From Yuukianura sp. NJ FZ-2021 (Eukaryota), in contig CM102286.1 of assembly GCA_046563655.1 (NCBI GenBank), forward strand, positions 9,176,001-9,240,000: a stretch of 64,000 nt of DNA, written 5' to 3'. Position 1 is the stretch's first letter. Each line of letters opens with the position of its first letter. A program made the translations under genes and the position numbers. The notes below the pieces were generated by a model. That model saw only the letters and a list, made by a program, of their open reading frames with translations. It had not been told where the DNA came from and made no database searches. Positions 44,697 through 56,500 of this stretch are shown here, piece after piece.

Positions 44697-47170
44697 GTCT
44701 GTTTAGAAAATGCAAATATTTTTGCCTTTAAAAATTTTCGAGTAGACAGAAGTATAAGATTTGCTTTTGTAAATGTGCTGTTGGGTTTCTTGGGTTTTTT
44801 TCCGACATTCGTGCTTAGGCGAATTCAAATAAAAGACATTTTAGAATGCGGTGTTTATTTGCAACCGCTTGTGCACCACGAATTTGGGATTGTAGAAAAT
44901 GGGGACAGAGCGACATTCTGCGCCTGTATGGTTTCCATAAAGTGGTTGCGTTTGCTAATAAAGAACTCCGTTCGGAGTGGATTTGGCTCTTTGTTCTATT
45001 CTCGAATTTGTATCTCCATAATGTAAAGTTTACACGAGAGAACAAAAAAAAAGCGCATTAAATGTCGGCATCATTTTTCTTGTTTTCTCTTGCCCTACTT
45101 TCATTCTTTCCATTTCTATCTTCTGCACAAACAATATGGAAGAAGATCCGAAAAATATGTCCCAGTGCACGTTCTGTGACTGGAACAACAAAATCTGTAT
45201 AAATGAATAAATGGTGGTGGTTGGGTGGTGATGATGGAAAAAAAGAAAAGAAAGTAGACAAAGTGCCACAGTCATTTTGCACGACCGAGGAAAATAAATG
45301 TGGTTTTTGACTCGCTAAAAAATGATTGTTTTAAATGTGTGACTTTTCCTTGAAGTTTCCCGCTCCGACGTTTTTGTTTGTAAAGCACGACGAAAAATCC
45401 CATGCATCTCATTACACAGCACAAAACGGAAAGAGTTATTACCACCCAAGTCCTACGTTCTGAGACTTTTGGATTTGATTAAGGACGAGATGTAAAGTGA
45501 AAGTCATAAGCTCCTCTGGCTCAAATTTTATATTTCCCGCCCTTTCTATTTTAGTCGACTCGCTTTTTGTCGTTGGAGGCTTTAGATTTGACGGAATCCG
45601 CTTTCATCCTAAATGTGCCTCATCAACTATAGACGGCGAAAGAGACACTTTTTAGAACTTAACCGCAAAGGGAAAAGTTACTACAAACTAGGTTTCGTGT
45701 CCTCAGAATCTAATTTCTTCCCTGGAAGAAAAAAAATTTGACGACAAAAGATTTGATAGAGATTTCTCTTTCGTAAAGTCTCACACTTGTGCTTTCTCCT
45801 TTGTTGGCTAGAATTTTAAATCCTCGCGCCTACACTTGACTATGGGGAAACTAAAACGAAAACGGAACAGTAAAATGGTGTTGGCGGGAACGGAGAAAGT
45901 TGTTATTCTCCCTGGAGGCCTTTTTAGGTTTCTTTTGTTCATCATGTTGGACACGTTCTTAGGACAATCTCCAGTGTAAACAACAGTCATTTGAGAGCTC
46001 CAAAAAATAAAAGTAGTGAAAGAATTTTTGTCGAAAGTGGCTTGCTTTTTATAAGGTAACTGGACTCCGGCTTAGTTTTTGTTCTTAGGTGAAAGCCTTT
46101 TTCCACGATTTCCCGGGTGAAAGTGGGAAGAATCAAATTCAAAGAATCAGATCAGGAAAAAGAAGGTCTAAGTCAAGGAAAGAAATAAACTTTTTCCGTC
46201 CTTCTTTCTTGCTGTACTACTTGACGAAAGAGGTCAAGCCACTTAAGAAGTTGAATGATAAAATAAAGCCTTCCTCTCGGAATGCCAAATGGCCTTGTTC
46301 ACTCTTCTTGGATTCCAGTTTGTAAGGTCCTAAGATTCTTAGATTTCCGAGGATTCTTAAGGCTAGCCCAGATTTTAAGGAGACGCTGGAACTCCTCCTC
46401 AAGATTGTAACTTAAAACTTGAGTCAATAAAGTGGAAAAGGAATCTGCGGAGGCTAAAGGCTTTTTCTTCGGTTGGATTAGTTTCGCCAAAAAAGAGAAA
46501 GTAAGATTAGCAATACTTAAAGTGAAGCCATTTCCAGTTAAAAGAAAACAACAAAGACGGAACTCAAAAAAATGGTTCAAGATAAAGAAGAATAAAAGTA
46601 AAAAGCCTCGTTTCACAGTCCACTTGGCTAAAGGAAGTAGTAGAGTCCTTACGGCCAAACAGACAAATACAAAAGTGAAAAGGGAGAGTTACTTTTTCGT
46701 TGTTGGCCAAAAATAAAATGGCGGCAATGTTTAATAAACATAGAGGGAAAGTTGGAAGCTATCAAATAACTCAGGGAAGAAGCGCTGGCTTTAGATAAAC
46801 TGAGGATGAATAAAGGGCCATTAGCTTTGCGCTTCTGAAATGGGATATCTGAAGGCTTTTGGAGAAAGTTTACGTTTTTAGAAAAGTTGAAGTTAGGAGA
46901 CTCCAAACGTAGTGGGGAAATGGTAACAATAACAAAGGAGTCAAACTTAGGTGGAATCCACATCATTCCACCTGAACCTGATACCTTATGTTGCCATTCG
47001 CATGAAACATTCGGAATTTCATCAAAATTTGGAAAGTTTATTTTCGGATACGGATTTTGATCAATTGTAGCCCCATGTGCTGTAACTTAAAACTTTATAC
47101 TGTTCACTAAGACCAAAAACGAATACCTGTCATTCATTATTTTTACAATAATAAAACTTCAACAACATTG

Positions 47171-48274
47171 AAAGGGCAACGTAGTTCGCTTATGGGCGAC
47201 AGCGGACCCGTACGATTTGGCTGAAAATTTAACCAGTTGTTCTCCAGACCTATAGGAACAACTTTTGTACAGGGTGCAGATGGGGCATCAAACGGTTTGA
47301 CCCCCAGGGGTCACCAAAGGTCACGAGGTCATCCTATGACAACCCCCCATAAGTAAGGTGTCGTTGGAAAGGTCTTGACCTTGTGGTTCAGAAAATGTAT
47401 AGGTATCAATACTTTGGTTCAGGCGTTTAGCCGTGAGGGGTCACTGAAGGTCAACTATGAAAAAAGTTGCAAAGTACTAAAAAGTGTTAATCATTTCATG
47501 ACAACCGACAAAATGACTTATAGATAAGTTGTTCCACACAACAAAATAAGCAACTTTTCCCTCTTACATTTTTTTCTACGGCGAACAGCTGATGACATCC
47601 CGAGCCAGGCTAAAACTACTAAAAGTAGATTGTAGATAGGACTTTCGCGACGGAAAACGGAGTCTGATTTTTTAGTACAGCATGGGCTTAAACGTCAGCA
47701 TATTGTATTAAGAAGTTCGTTTTTTCAATCTTTTCCGTGTTCTGCGGGAATCTAGAGGTGTAGAACCGTCGTTATTATCCAAATTCCTTATGCCGTCGCG
47801 AAAGTCCTATCTAAAATCTACTTTTAGTAGTTTTAGCCTGGCTCGGTATCTCATCAGCTGTTCGCCGTAGAAAAAAATGCAAGAGGGAAAAGTTGCTTAT
47901 ATTTTTGAGTAGAACAACTTTTGTATAGGTCATTTTGCCGGTTGTCATGAAATCATTTTCAGATTTGGTACTTTGCAACTTTTTTCATAGTTGACCTTCA
48001 GTGACCCCTCACGGCTAAACGCCTGAACCAAAGTATTGATACCTATACATTTTCTGAACCACAAGGTCAAGACCTTTCCAACGACACCTTACTTATGGGG
48101 GGTTGTCATAGGATGACCTCGTGACCTTTGGTGACCCCTGGGGGTCAAACCGTTTGATGCCCCAACTGCACCCTGTACAAAAGTTGTTCCTATAGGTCTG
48201 GAGAACAACTGGTTAGATTTTCAGCCAAATCGTACGGGTCCGCTGTCGCCCATAAGCGAACTACGTTGCCCTTT
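47171..48274. mobile_element. Non-autonomous palindromic TIR (foldback) element, ~1.1 kb
   Basis: Arms 47171-~47653 and ~47793-48274 are reverse complements (aaagggcaacgtagttcgcttatgggcgac... / ...gtcgcccataagcgaactacgttgcccttt). The outer ~300 bp are nearly identical and the spacer is ~140 bp. Candidate TSD is TTGAA (47168-47172 / 48273-48277) or TGA, depending on where the ends are placed. Confidence 0.92.
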
Positions 48275-49832
48275 GAAAACTGTTCTGACAATGCGAACTC
48301 TACTCTACCTCTGTGATAGTCATAACTCAAAAAAATACTTACTTAGTTAGATTAATGCACCATATTCTTGAGTATTCAATATAAAAATACCTTACTCGTG
48401 GCAAGCAACCATATATCTCGTTAATTTAACTATCAACTTAGTCATGAATAATAATTATAGCCGTTATTTAAATGAACTGAATGAGTATAGATATAAATAA
48501 ACTCCGAAATTCAAATAATATGATAAAGATTGAAGTTCAAATTGATTGAAACTTTAGCCCAGAATCCCAATGCTGCTTAGATACGAAAAACCAAGTTGAA
48601 CAAAATTTTGAAAACATTTTTCGCTATTTGTTCATCTTCAGATGAAGTTTGGTTTTAAAATTTCATTATTATTGCGAACGCAAGGCAGAGATGACTTCCA
48701 ATTAGAAATTAATTTCAAGACAACATTGCTTGTTCATTAGCCAGACTCACCTTGGCTTACCAGTTTGTCTAACCCGTGACCATGGAATTTGCCCTTGAGT
48801 AAACTAAATTGACAAGCTTAATTAAACGTACGACTTCATCTGTCGCAGTTATGTAAGCCGTCCTTTTACAAATAGGTTTGTAGCTGTAAACATGAAAACG
48901 CTATCAAGCAAAGAAGCTTAAAATTGGAACATTAAAGCTACGTGGAAAACAAGAATAGTGTCAATTAAAACCACCTGCAAAACGAGAATTTCCGCATCAG
49001 CTCCAAAAATTTTTTCAATTTAACCCTAGAGTGGAGGTAAAATCATTCCCATTAACGCTAATTAAAACCTCGTTCGATTAAAAATTAAACTAAATTGCAA
49101 ACTTTGGCCTTTTCCGTTTACCACTTCCCAAAATTTACTGTTTTTCCTTGAGCAGAATTTAGCAATAATTTTAAACTCTAAAAAACTAGTCCTTAGGCCT
49201 GACGATTTTATAATTGGCATTAATTGTCACAGCCGTAATTATCTGACAATTCATTAGTGATTTAATTATACCGGGTAAACAACCCATTTGTAAAAGTGAG
49301 TCAAACTTGTTTTGCAAAAAGAAAACTGCTTGTATATCACACAATTTTTGTTGAGAGAGAATAATTATTTAATGAAGATTTGAAGGTTAGGTATGTGTGA
49401 GAGCACAATGAAAAGTATTTAAAGCACGACTGTAATCTACCTTCAGAGCACTTTAGCTTGTCAGCTTATTAGACTCTGAAGAGATATCATTTGGTGTCAT
49501 TTATAATTTCTATTCTTAACAGATACTAAAAATAGTGCTGGGTTGTACGCCAATTCGCTCTTAATCCCTGAGTACCAGCGGATCTGACGACAGTACTTGA
49601 CGGAGAGAGCGGTGACCGTAGGAGCAGTTTCAATTAAACAAGTTAGTAGAAAACTATTAAACCGGGAAACTGACTCTAAGAAATTGGTTTGCATCATTTC
49701 AGAACACTTTTTCCTTCGGTTCATTTTACGTTTTGTAGCAGTTTGGGTTTCGTCTTCGTGGCAATTCATTCGACGCAATAGGGAACACTCTCCAGGTCAT
49801 AAGCGCCTCCAGATTCAATGAAAAACCACCTA

Positions 49833-50547
49833 CCCTAACTCCCCACGTACAAGCCGCGGTTTATCTGAGAAATTTCCAAAAAATTTGGAAAGCAAAATAA
49901 TTTTTTCGCTGAAAACTGAAGATTTTTGTTGAAAATTTGTAGCAATTATCGGTAAATGTGCTACAGTCTACTTGACGCGGTTTTAATCTAATGTCAATGC
50001 ACCAAATCCAGCATTATTGCCATGGTTCTGGTGCCTGGCAAATTCAATTGACTCGGAACTTCGTCCATATTCAACATGTTTTTTGGGGAATTTAAACCCA
50101 AGCACCTCATTTCAGCCACATAAGCGCTATAAAGTCCCGCTCCCGACTTTCTGACCAGTCTTCTGGCAGTGGTTGACCAACAGATGTTATGCACCGAATT
50201 TAAAAATTGTTTCTTTCCATGAAGTTTCCGTACCACTCGTTACTTGCAAAAAAAAGTTCGGTATTCCTTCGATTTGTGCCTGCCTATGTCTTTGCCTGAA
50301 GTCTAAAAACACAATCCGTTTCCTGCAGAACAGAAACTGCTGCGTACAATTTACGAGTAACGTTTGGTGTCACATCCATCGTTAAAGCCTTAAAAGTAAA
50401 ATAACCTAGTAAAATAGAAATTAATTTCTCCACCAAGTTAAGAAAACAGGTGAAAAATCTAAGTTGTCAACTTTAAACTATAGGTTTTCACACTGTTTAA
50501 ATATATTTGAGAATTTCTGAGTGCGGCTTATAGGCAAGGAATTAGGG
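49833..50547 (-). mobile_element. Decayed, internally deleted pogo/Tigger-like (Tc1/mariner superfamily) DNA transposon
   Basis: Imperfect TIRs ccctaactccccacgtacaagccgc / gcggcttataggcaaggaattaggg, with TA immediately left of the left end. The minus strand encodes a CENP-B-type HTH remnant FASNEWYGNFMERNNF*IRCITSVGQPLPEDW and, after a frameshift, the DDE-domain start NMLNMDEVPSQLNLPGTRT. Confidence 0.75.
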
Positions 50548-51240
50548 AAATTTAATTACTAACCAAAGGTAAGGAGAAAACCCGGGGAAGTAATCAGTAT
50601 AATGAACTTCAAAAAACGTAACGTAAACACTTGAGACGTAATAAGTATTGCGAAATTTAAAAAACCTAACACCGCGCCTTCCGCGCGGGAAACTATAAAC
50701 ACAAGCTTGTTAGATAACTACACTTGTTGACTGAGAGTAGAACTTGCAATTGAACGAACGCAAATAAATCTGGTTTTAATTGGAGCTGGAGGCGTTTTTT
50801 GGTTAGGCGCTTTTGGATGGAGGCTCTTTTGGGGTGAAGGCGCTTTTTAGATGGAGGCGCTTATTTTTTAGACTCTTATTGAGATTGAGAGGTGCTTATT
50901 GGAGAGGAGCATTTTGGTTAGGCACATATGGATTGCTACGTTAGTTTTTGAAGGGTCATTTCAATAAGGACACACGAAGGGTACCCTGCTGGGTTTTTGG
51001 TGGAAGTTTATTTAACACTGTTGCATGATTGATAAACGCCAGAACGTGCCAAAAGACGTTTTTTTTAAAAGTTGAAACGAGTTCAAACCCTATTGCCTGA
51101 TACCGAAATGTTTTTTTTTTCATTTTCAGAGAGTAATTTTTTTTCTCTTCAAGTTGACTTCTTTTGCAGATAATTTTCCGTTTATTTGGAAATTTTCACT
51201 TAATTATATGTTTTTATATGTGAATTCGAAGTTGGCAGCA

Positions 51241-51732
51241 ATGGAGGGGGTTCGTGACATGTCTATTCCTTATACTGAAAACGAAATTCAGAGAGTTTTG
51301 GCAAAATTACGGACTTTCAGAACTTATGACCCCGTGACGGACTCCATCGGAACAGACGACACTGTCAACTCTGGTCTAGCTCTGGGAATTGGAAACTCGG
51401 ATGAGCAAAATCGAGCTTACGCAAGCTACTTTGACAGGAATCACGGGGGGCGCTGTAATCTGACTGACTACGAACGACTTATGCGTTCACTCCATTCAGT
51501 TGCCCTTCATGCTGGATGGTACGCCGACATGTGCGACCTCAATAAAGATGGCGCGATCAGTAGAAATGAATTTGAGCAAATATACGAACTTATGTCTGTT
51601 CAATGGCCAGTGATTGCAGGAAAAAATTACGAAGAATTCGCTCAAGAAGCAGACACAAATCGCGACGGAATTGTCCAAATTTCCGAAATGAAAGCCTGGA
51701 TCGAGAAAACGGCAGCTGAAGGAAAGCGTTAA
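51241..51732 (+). CDS. Small EF-hand calcium-binding (calmodulin-like) protein, 163 aa, single coding exon
   Basis: ATG at 51241 to TAA at 51732. Canonical EF loops DLNKDGAISRNE and DTNRDGIVQISE, and a degenerate loop DRNHGGRCNLTD. Possible 5'UTR splice acceptor (ttttcattttcag) ending at 51129. Confidence 0.85.
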   Translation: MEGVRDMSIPYTENEIQRVLAKLRTFRTYDPVTDSIGTDDTVNSGLALGIGNSDEQNRAYASYFDRNHGGRCNLTDYERLMRSLHSVALHAGWYADMCDLNKDGAISRNEFEQIYELMSVQWPVIAGKNYEEFAQEADTNRDGIVQISEMKAWIEKTAAEGKR

Positions 51733-51768
51733 CATATTAACATCTCAGAAAATATATTGTAGTAAGAT

Positions 51769-51948
51769 TAGTTTTCATTTTTCGGATTATCACCAGTTGT
51801 GGAAAAATGATTTTATTGAGAAAAAAACCCAAGCTTTCGGACAATGTACTCTATCCTTCTTCAGGGATAAAACTTATGACAAAATTTTAAAGGAAAATCT
51901 ATAAAATATAACTTGAGTGAAAATTCAAAAAGTATTTGTTGACGAAAG
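51769..51948 (-). mobile_element. 180-bp Penelope-like-element/retrozyme-type insertion
   Basis: Bounded by the 16-bp direct repeat TATATTGTAGTAAGAT (51753-51768 and 51949-51964). On the minus strand it contains a hammerhead core followed by AATAAA (plus-strand tttatt, 51812-51817). Confidence 0.65.
51827..51868 (-). ncRNA. Minimal type I hammerhead ribozyme motif
   Basis: Minus-strand RNA: AUCC CUGAAGA A GGAUA gaguacau UGUCC GAAA GC UU GGGU. This gives stem I (AUCC/GGGU), core CUGANGA with an extra A, a 5-bp stem II, GAAA, a minimal palindromic stem III (AAGCUU) and a UH cleavage site. Confidence 0.7.
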
Positions 51949-52402
51949 TATATTGTAGTAAGATATTCTTTGGTTACTTTGCTTTTTGCAGTGACAGTTT
52001 GACAATAACATCAAAGTGCGTAGCTGTGTCTTACATTGCAATCGTCACTGAAAAAGTTCGGTTTTAGTTGATATCATGAACACAATAAATTCGACATATC
52101 GCCACCTTTGGTCGAAGTAAACTTGGGCCCCCGACTCAACCCACCCACCCTTTCAAATTTTTGCGCCGCTGTAACTGGACCCCACCCACTGTACCCGTCG
52201 AATGGATACATCTGTACCTTCCGACACTGCAAGCAATGAGGCTATTCAACGCAAAATTAACCAAAAATTATGTTGAGTCCGAAAACGAGAAAATTATTTC
52301 ACTAAAGCGAGACAGCTGAGATGCCCCCATTTTCCGGTTGACCTTTAACACGGAATTAGTGGCAGGTTATGGCAACATTTGAATTAGTGAGAGGTTACGG
52401 CT

Positions 52403-52694
52403 ACATTACAATTGGCAACATTGCAATTGACAACATTGCAATTGGCAACATTGCAATTGGCAACATTGCAATTGGCAACATTGCAATTGGTAACACTGCA
52501 ATTGGTAACATTACAATTGGCAACATTGCAATTGGCAACATTGCAATTGGCAACATTGCAATTTCAACATTGCAATTGACAACATTGCAATTGGCAACAT
52601 TGAAATTGGCAACATTGCAATTTCAACATTGCAATTGACAACATTGCAATTGGCAACATTGAAATTGATAACATTGAAATTGGCAACATTGCAA
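52403..52694. repeat. 15-bp minisatellite (ACATTGCAATTGGCA) x~19
   Basis: Tandem copies with minor variants. The unit contains overlapping palindromes (ATTGCAAT, CAATTG). Confidence 0.95.
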
Positions 52695-53089
52695 TGTTGT
52701 CAGTAACTGTCGTTATTTAAAAAAAAATTTTGGACGTTACTCTCTGGAAGAAAACAAAAAAAATATTTCAGTGATTTCACTTCCGCGAATCAATTTAAGT
52801 GTAGGCTCGATAATTAGGCAATTGCCAGCCCCCTGAAATGGCGCCCATAGCAACCAACGCAATTTTTGTTTGTGACGTCACCCGCTGAAAAAATACCGTA
52901 ATCGTGAAATAGGACCCCGCTGGCTTCTATGTAAACAAGATGTGTCATACGGGTTTCTATAGGACACGATCATTAATGGGCAAAAATCCGGTATTTTTCA
53001 GCGAGTGCCGTCATTTTTTTCCACATGGCAACCAAACAAACTTTCCATTCGCACTACCTAGTAGTATTCTATTTACCTTGGGTAATTGC

Positions 53090-53544
53090 TTGTGCTTCAA
53101 GTTCGAACTTCCGAAATCGAACCTGGCTGTTTTACTAGGTTCGAAGTTTGGACCTCAACCAAAAGAGTTCGAACTTACACGTCAATATTGGCAAGTATTT
53201 AACAATGTATGGATTTCAACAAACACGAAGGCACATTGCCACAAAAAGTAGTTTTAGTTTGCTTTAAACCTATTGCTTTAAGTTAGTTTTTGAAAAAGAA
53301 TTCGGTTAGATTATACCCATATGTGCGTATGTTAAAAACTTGGAAAAATTTTGAGAAAGTTTTTAACATGCGCACATATGGGTGTAATCCAACCAAGAAT
53401 TCAAATACAGAGGGAAATGCACATTGGCTGTGAATTGCTAAATTTATTACCTTCACCATTTTTTTCACCGTCCATTTGCATTTTGCATGTAAAAATAAGA
53501 TTCGAAAGTTCGAACTTGGGTTCGAAGTTCGAACTTTTCATTTC
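53090..53544. mobile_element. Possible degenerate MITE with (GTTCGAAC)-rich subterminal repeats
   Basis: Clusters of gttcgaac/ttcgaa near 53100-53176 and 53500-53535. The right end ...aacctaagcactg resembles a CAGTG-type TIR end. The left end is degenerate and no TSD was found. Confidence 0.35.
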
Positions 53545-56500
53545 GTGCCCGAACCTAAGCACTGCTTAGATTGTTACTTAGATTGTTACCACTACTAGTG
53601 CTCGATTTAAGGAAGTGAACATTGTGAAATATTGTTGAGTACCGCAAAAAAAAAAAAAAAACTTAGGACAAGAATGAACGCTGTCACTCGCATCTGCATA
53701 AACGCACCTATATTGCCAAAATTCCAACTGATCACATGTAATATTATATTCTATTAATTTTAAAATATGTTTGAAATTGGTTACATGGGAAGACGGTTCT
53801 ATCATTCCAAGTTGCCAAACTATTCACAAAAACCATCGCCATTACTGCAAAATCCTCTCTTCCCCTACATCTGCATTAGGGTTACGATTACTATGCAAAC
53901 TGCTATCCAAAACTGGGAAATTGCCATTTTAGAGATATGGGATTGAGTAAGACGGCAATTTGAAAAAATAAAGTGGGTTTGAAAGCTTTTAGCCTACTGT
54001 AGCCCAGCACTCGCGTCCTGAGCAAGAAAAGATGAAGGGCTCATGTCATCAACATTTTCAAAAACGATTTAGTTATGGCCTATAAACTAAAATTCGGTAA
54101 GTCCAAGCATCACTTTTTACATGAAAAATAATTATTATTCCTTCAAGGGAGTTGAAAATTTTAAGAAACGAGGTTGGAATTGAAAAGTGGAGCAAACTTT
54201 TTGCAAGAACAAAGGGGACCGATTATGGATTTTAAAATGGTCCATTTTCATTTACGATCTTTGCTTCTGCGTCAAAGCTCAGGAAGGAACGAGGAAACGG
54301 AGCCCGCATTGTCTTATCTGGAGCTCAATAATAACCATTTAGTGACTATAATTTTATACGGGCAAAACGATAAGACTTCAGAAGCATCATCTTTTCCTGA
54401 GAAGAATTCTTACTAACGTCCGTTAAGAGTGAAGTTCCATTGATCTTTTAATGTTCTCAAAACCATTACAGTAGAATATGTGGTTGGTAATGGTAACTGA
54501 TTGAAGTAATACTAAAAGCTGTGGATGAATTTTCATCTCCATTCAATTCTCATTTGAAATTTCTCGCTAAAACTTTGCACCATTTTTATATAACTCCCTC
54601 ACACTACTTTTCTCATAAAATTTATTTTCCCATTAAACATATTTTTGTGATTTCGTGAAATGGTTCATGGTATAACTTTAATGCCTTTGCAGATCTAGAA
54701 CAAAGATTTTTTTAATATTGTCTCCTAACAGTGCTGTTGTTTAGATAAAAACTGGCAACTTTAATTTCTGAAAGGACTTTCTGTTTCTCCCGGGACAAAA
54801 CAAAGCAGAGTTTTCATATTTACTAGTGTATGAAATCCAGCTTTTAAAATGCACCCTTGTGAACACTAAAATTGTCTCCGAATTTTACACTGGGGTGAAG
54901 TATCAAACAACGAATATCTCCGCTGTCATTTTTTCGTATGCTGTGTTTTTGTAAGCTGAGATTGTGAATAAAATATTTCGTGGCTGGCATTCCAAAGGTT
55001 TGCAATATTCATAATTTAGAAACTCCAGTCTAATCAACGAACGCATGGAAAATATGTTTTAAAATTTTCGAATTCATGCAAAACTATTTGACGCTCAAAT
55101 TATAAAAAAAATCCGAGAAAATTTTAGCTCATAAACTTTCAACAACCATCTAGTCTAACACGAACTTAATTCCTATGATGGCTTTTATAAAATAACTTTT
55201 TCCTTTCGAAACAAACTTTTTTTTCCTTAAAAAGACTTAAAAAGTATTTCAGAACGAGTCAGTTTAGGTCAACATATTCAACCAGCGTGCAAACCCATTC
55301 CAGAAGTTGGACACGACCCTACAGTATTAAGGCTGTTCACTAAAGACGTAAAGTGGAAGGCGCTTTGTTTATTATCTCATAATGCTTTTTCAACTATCCC
55401 CATGCACATGCAGAGGGTTTTGCAAACTAAAATATGCTTAGATCCAGGAAACAACCGAAGATGCGTCCCGTGCCAGTTGGAAGTGTACTGTTAATTGTGG
55501 TAATTTGCAATAAATTGCAGGCCCAACACGTTAAGCCATGGAGGGCATCCTAGTGTTTAAGTACCTCTCATAAATCTTACTTTCTCGCCCTCGTCCCACT
55601 TGAACTTTGGATGAGTCAGAAAGAAACGGAAAAATCATATTTTGCTCAACGTGCAACACGAAATCAATAACGCCCAACGTCAAAATAAAATAATTTTCCA
55701 AACTTACTTTGACTCTGCGGCAACTCTGAACTTTCTTTCCCATCATAAAGTTCATCCAAACTAGAGACATGTTGAACACGCGTTGATCCAAATTTTTAGA
55801 AATGCGAAACTCCACAATTGACAAATTGAAGAATCTCAAAAAGATTTTTTTTTCTTGGAGTGAACTGAATTTACGAAGAGAGAAGATGACTTGTGATTGA
55901 AGCCAAATCTGACAGGCGAATGGTTCAGAATAGACTGTAAAATTTAACAGTAGGAACACATCTAAGGGACAAAAAGAAGAATGAATGGAAGGATTTGTCA
56001 GTCAAAGAAGAAACTGAAGGATTTGACAAGAGCAGTGAAGGAGAAAGTGATGTTTCGTGTGCCAAATCAACTTTTGCAAAAGGTGTAACGAACTAACACT
56101 TGAACAACTTTCCGTCAAGAGCTACACGGCACTAATAGCTTTTTGCAACTACTGGCACAGAGTGGGACTTACGATTTTAGAAATATCCAACCGAACATAC
56201 TTCCTCTGCTCATCAAAAATCTGGTTTAGCGATCCCTGTTTCCGGCGGTTTTTGTTCAAAGACATTTGTGTTAAGATGTAACCCTAGATATCCAGCAGTC
56301 CGTACTAAAATCCAACCCACTTTTGTAAAAAGTTACCAACAGTTGTGATGTATAAGTGGAATGCATCGGTAGGCGTAACTTCAAATATTTAGTCAGACTG
56401 TACTGCTCAATTTCGGTGAGAAGTAACAGAAAACTTTTTTTTTTGCTTAGCAGCTTGTAACGCCCCCCAGAAGATTTTTGGCCGAAGAGAGAAATCAATT

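Noticed and set aside
52369..52638. ORF with IAIGN pentapeptide repeats (beta-helix or antifreeze-like)
   Set aside because: It is the translation of a 15-bp minisatellite, and the frame shifts within the array where 14-bp units occur.
52840..52880. CRE (TGACGTCA) and X-box-like (CATAGCAAC) motifs
   Set aside because: Short motifs with no adjacent transcription start, in a repeat-rich region.
55531..55959. 142-aa minus-strand ORF, and the short ORFs at 61073-61960
   Set aside because: No recognisable motifs or consistent splice signals. They cannot be supported as coding or as TPS-associated tailoring genes, and no P450 or prenyltransferase is visible next to the TPS in this window.
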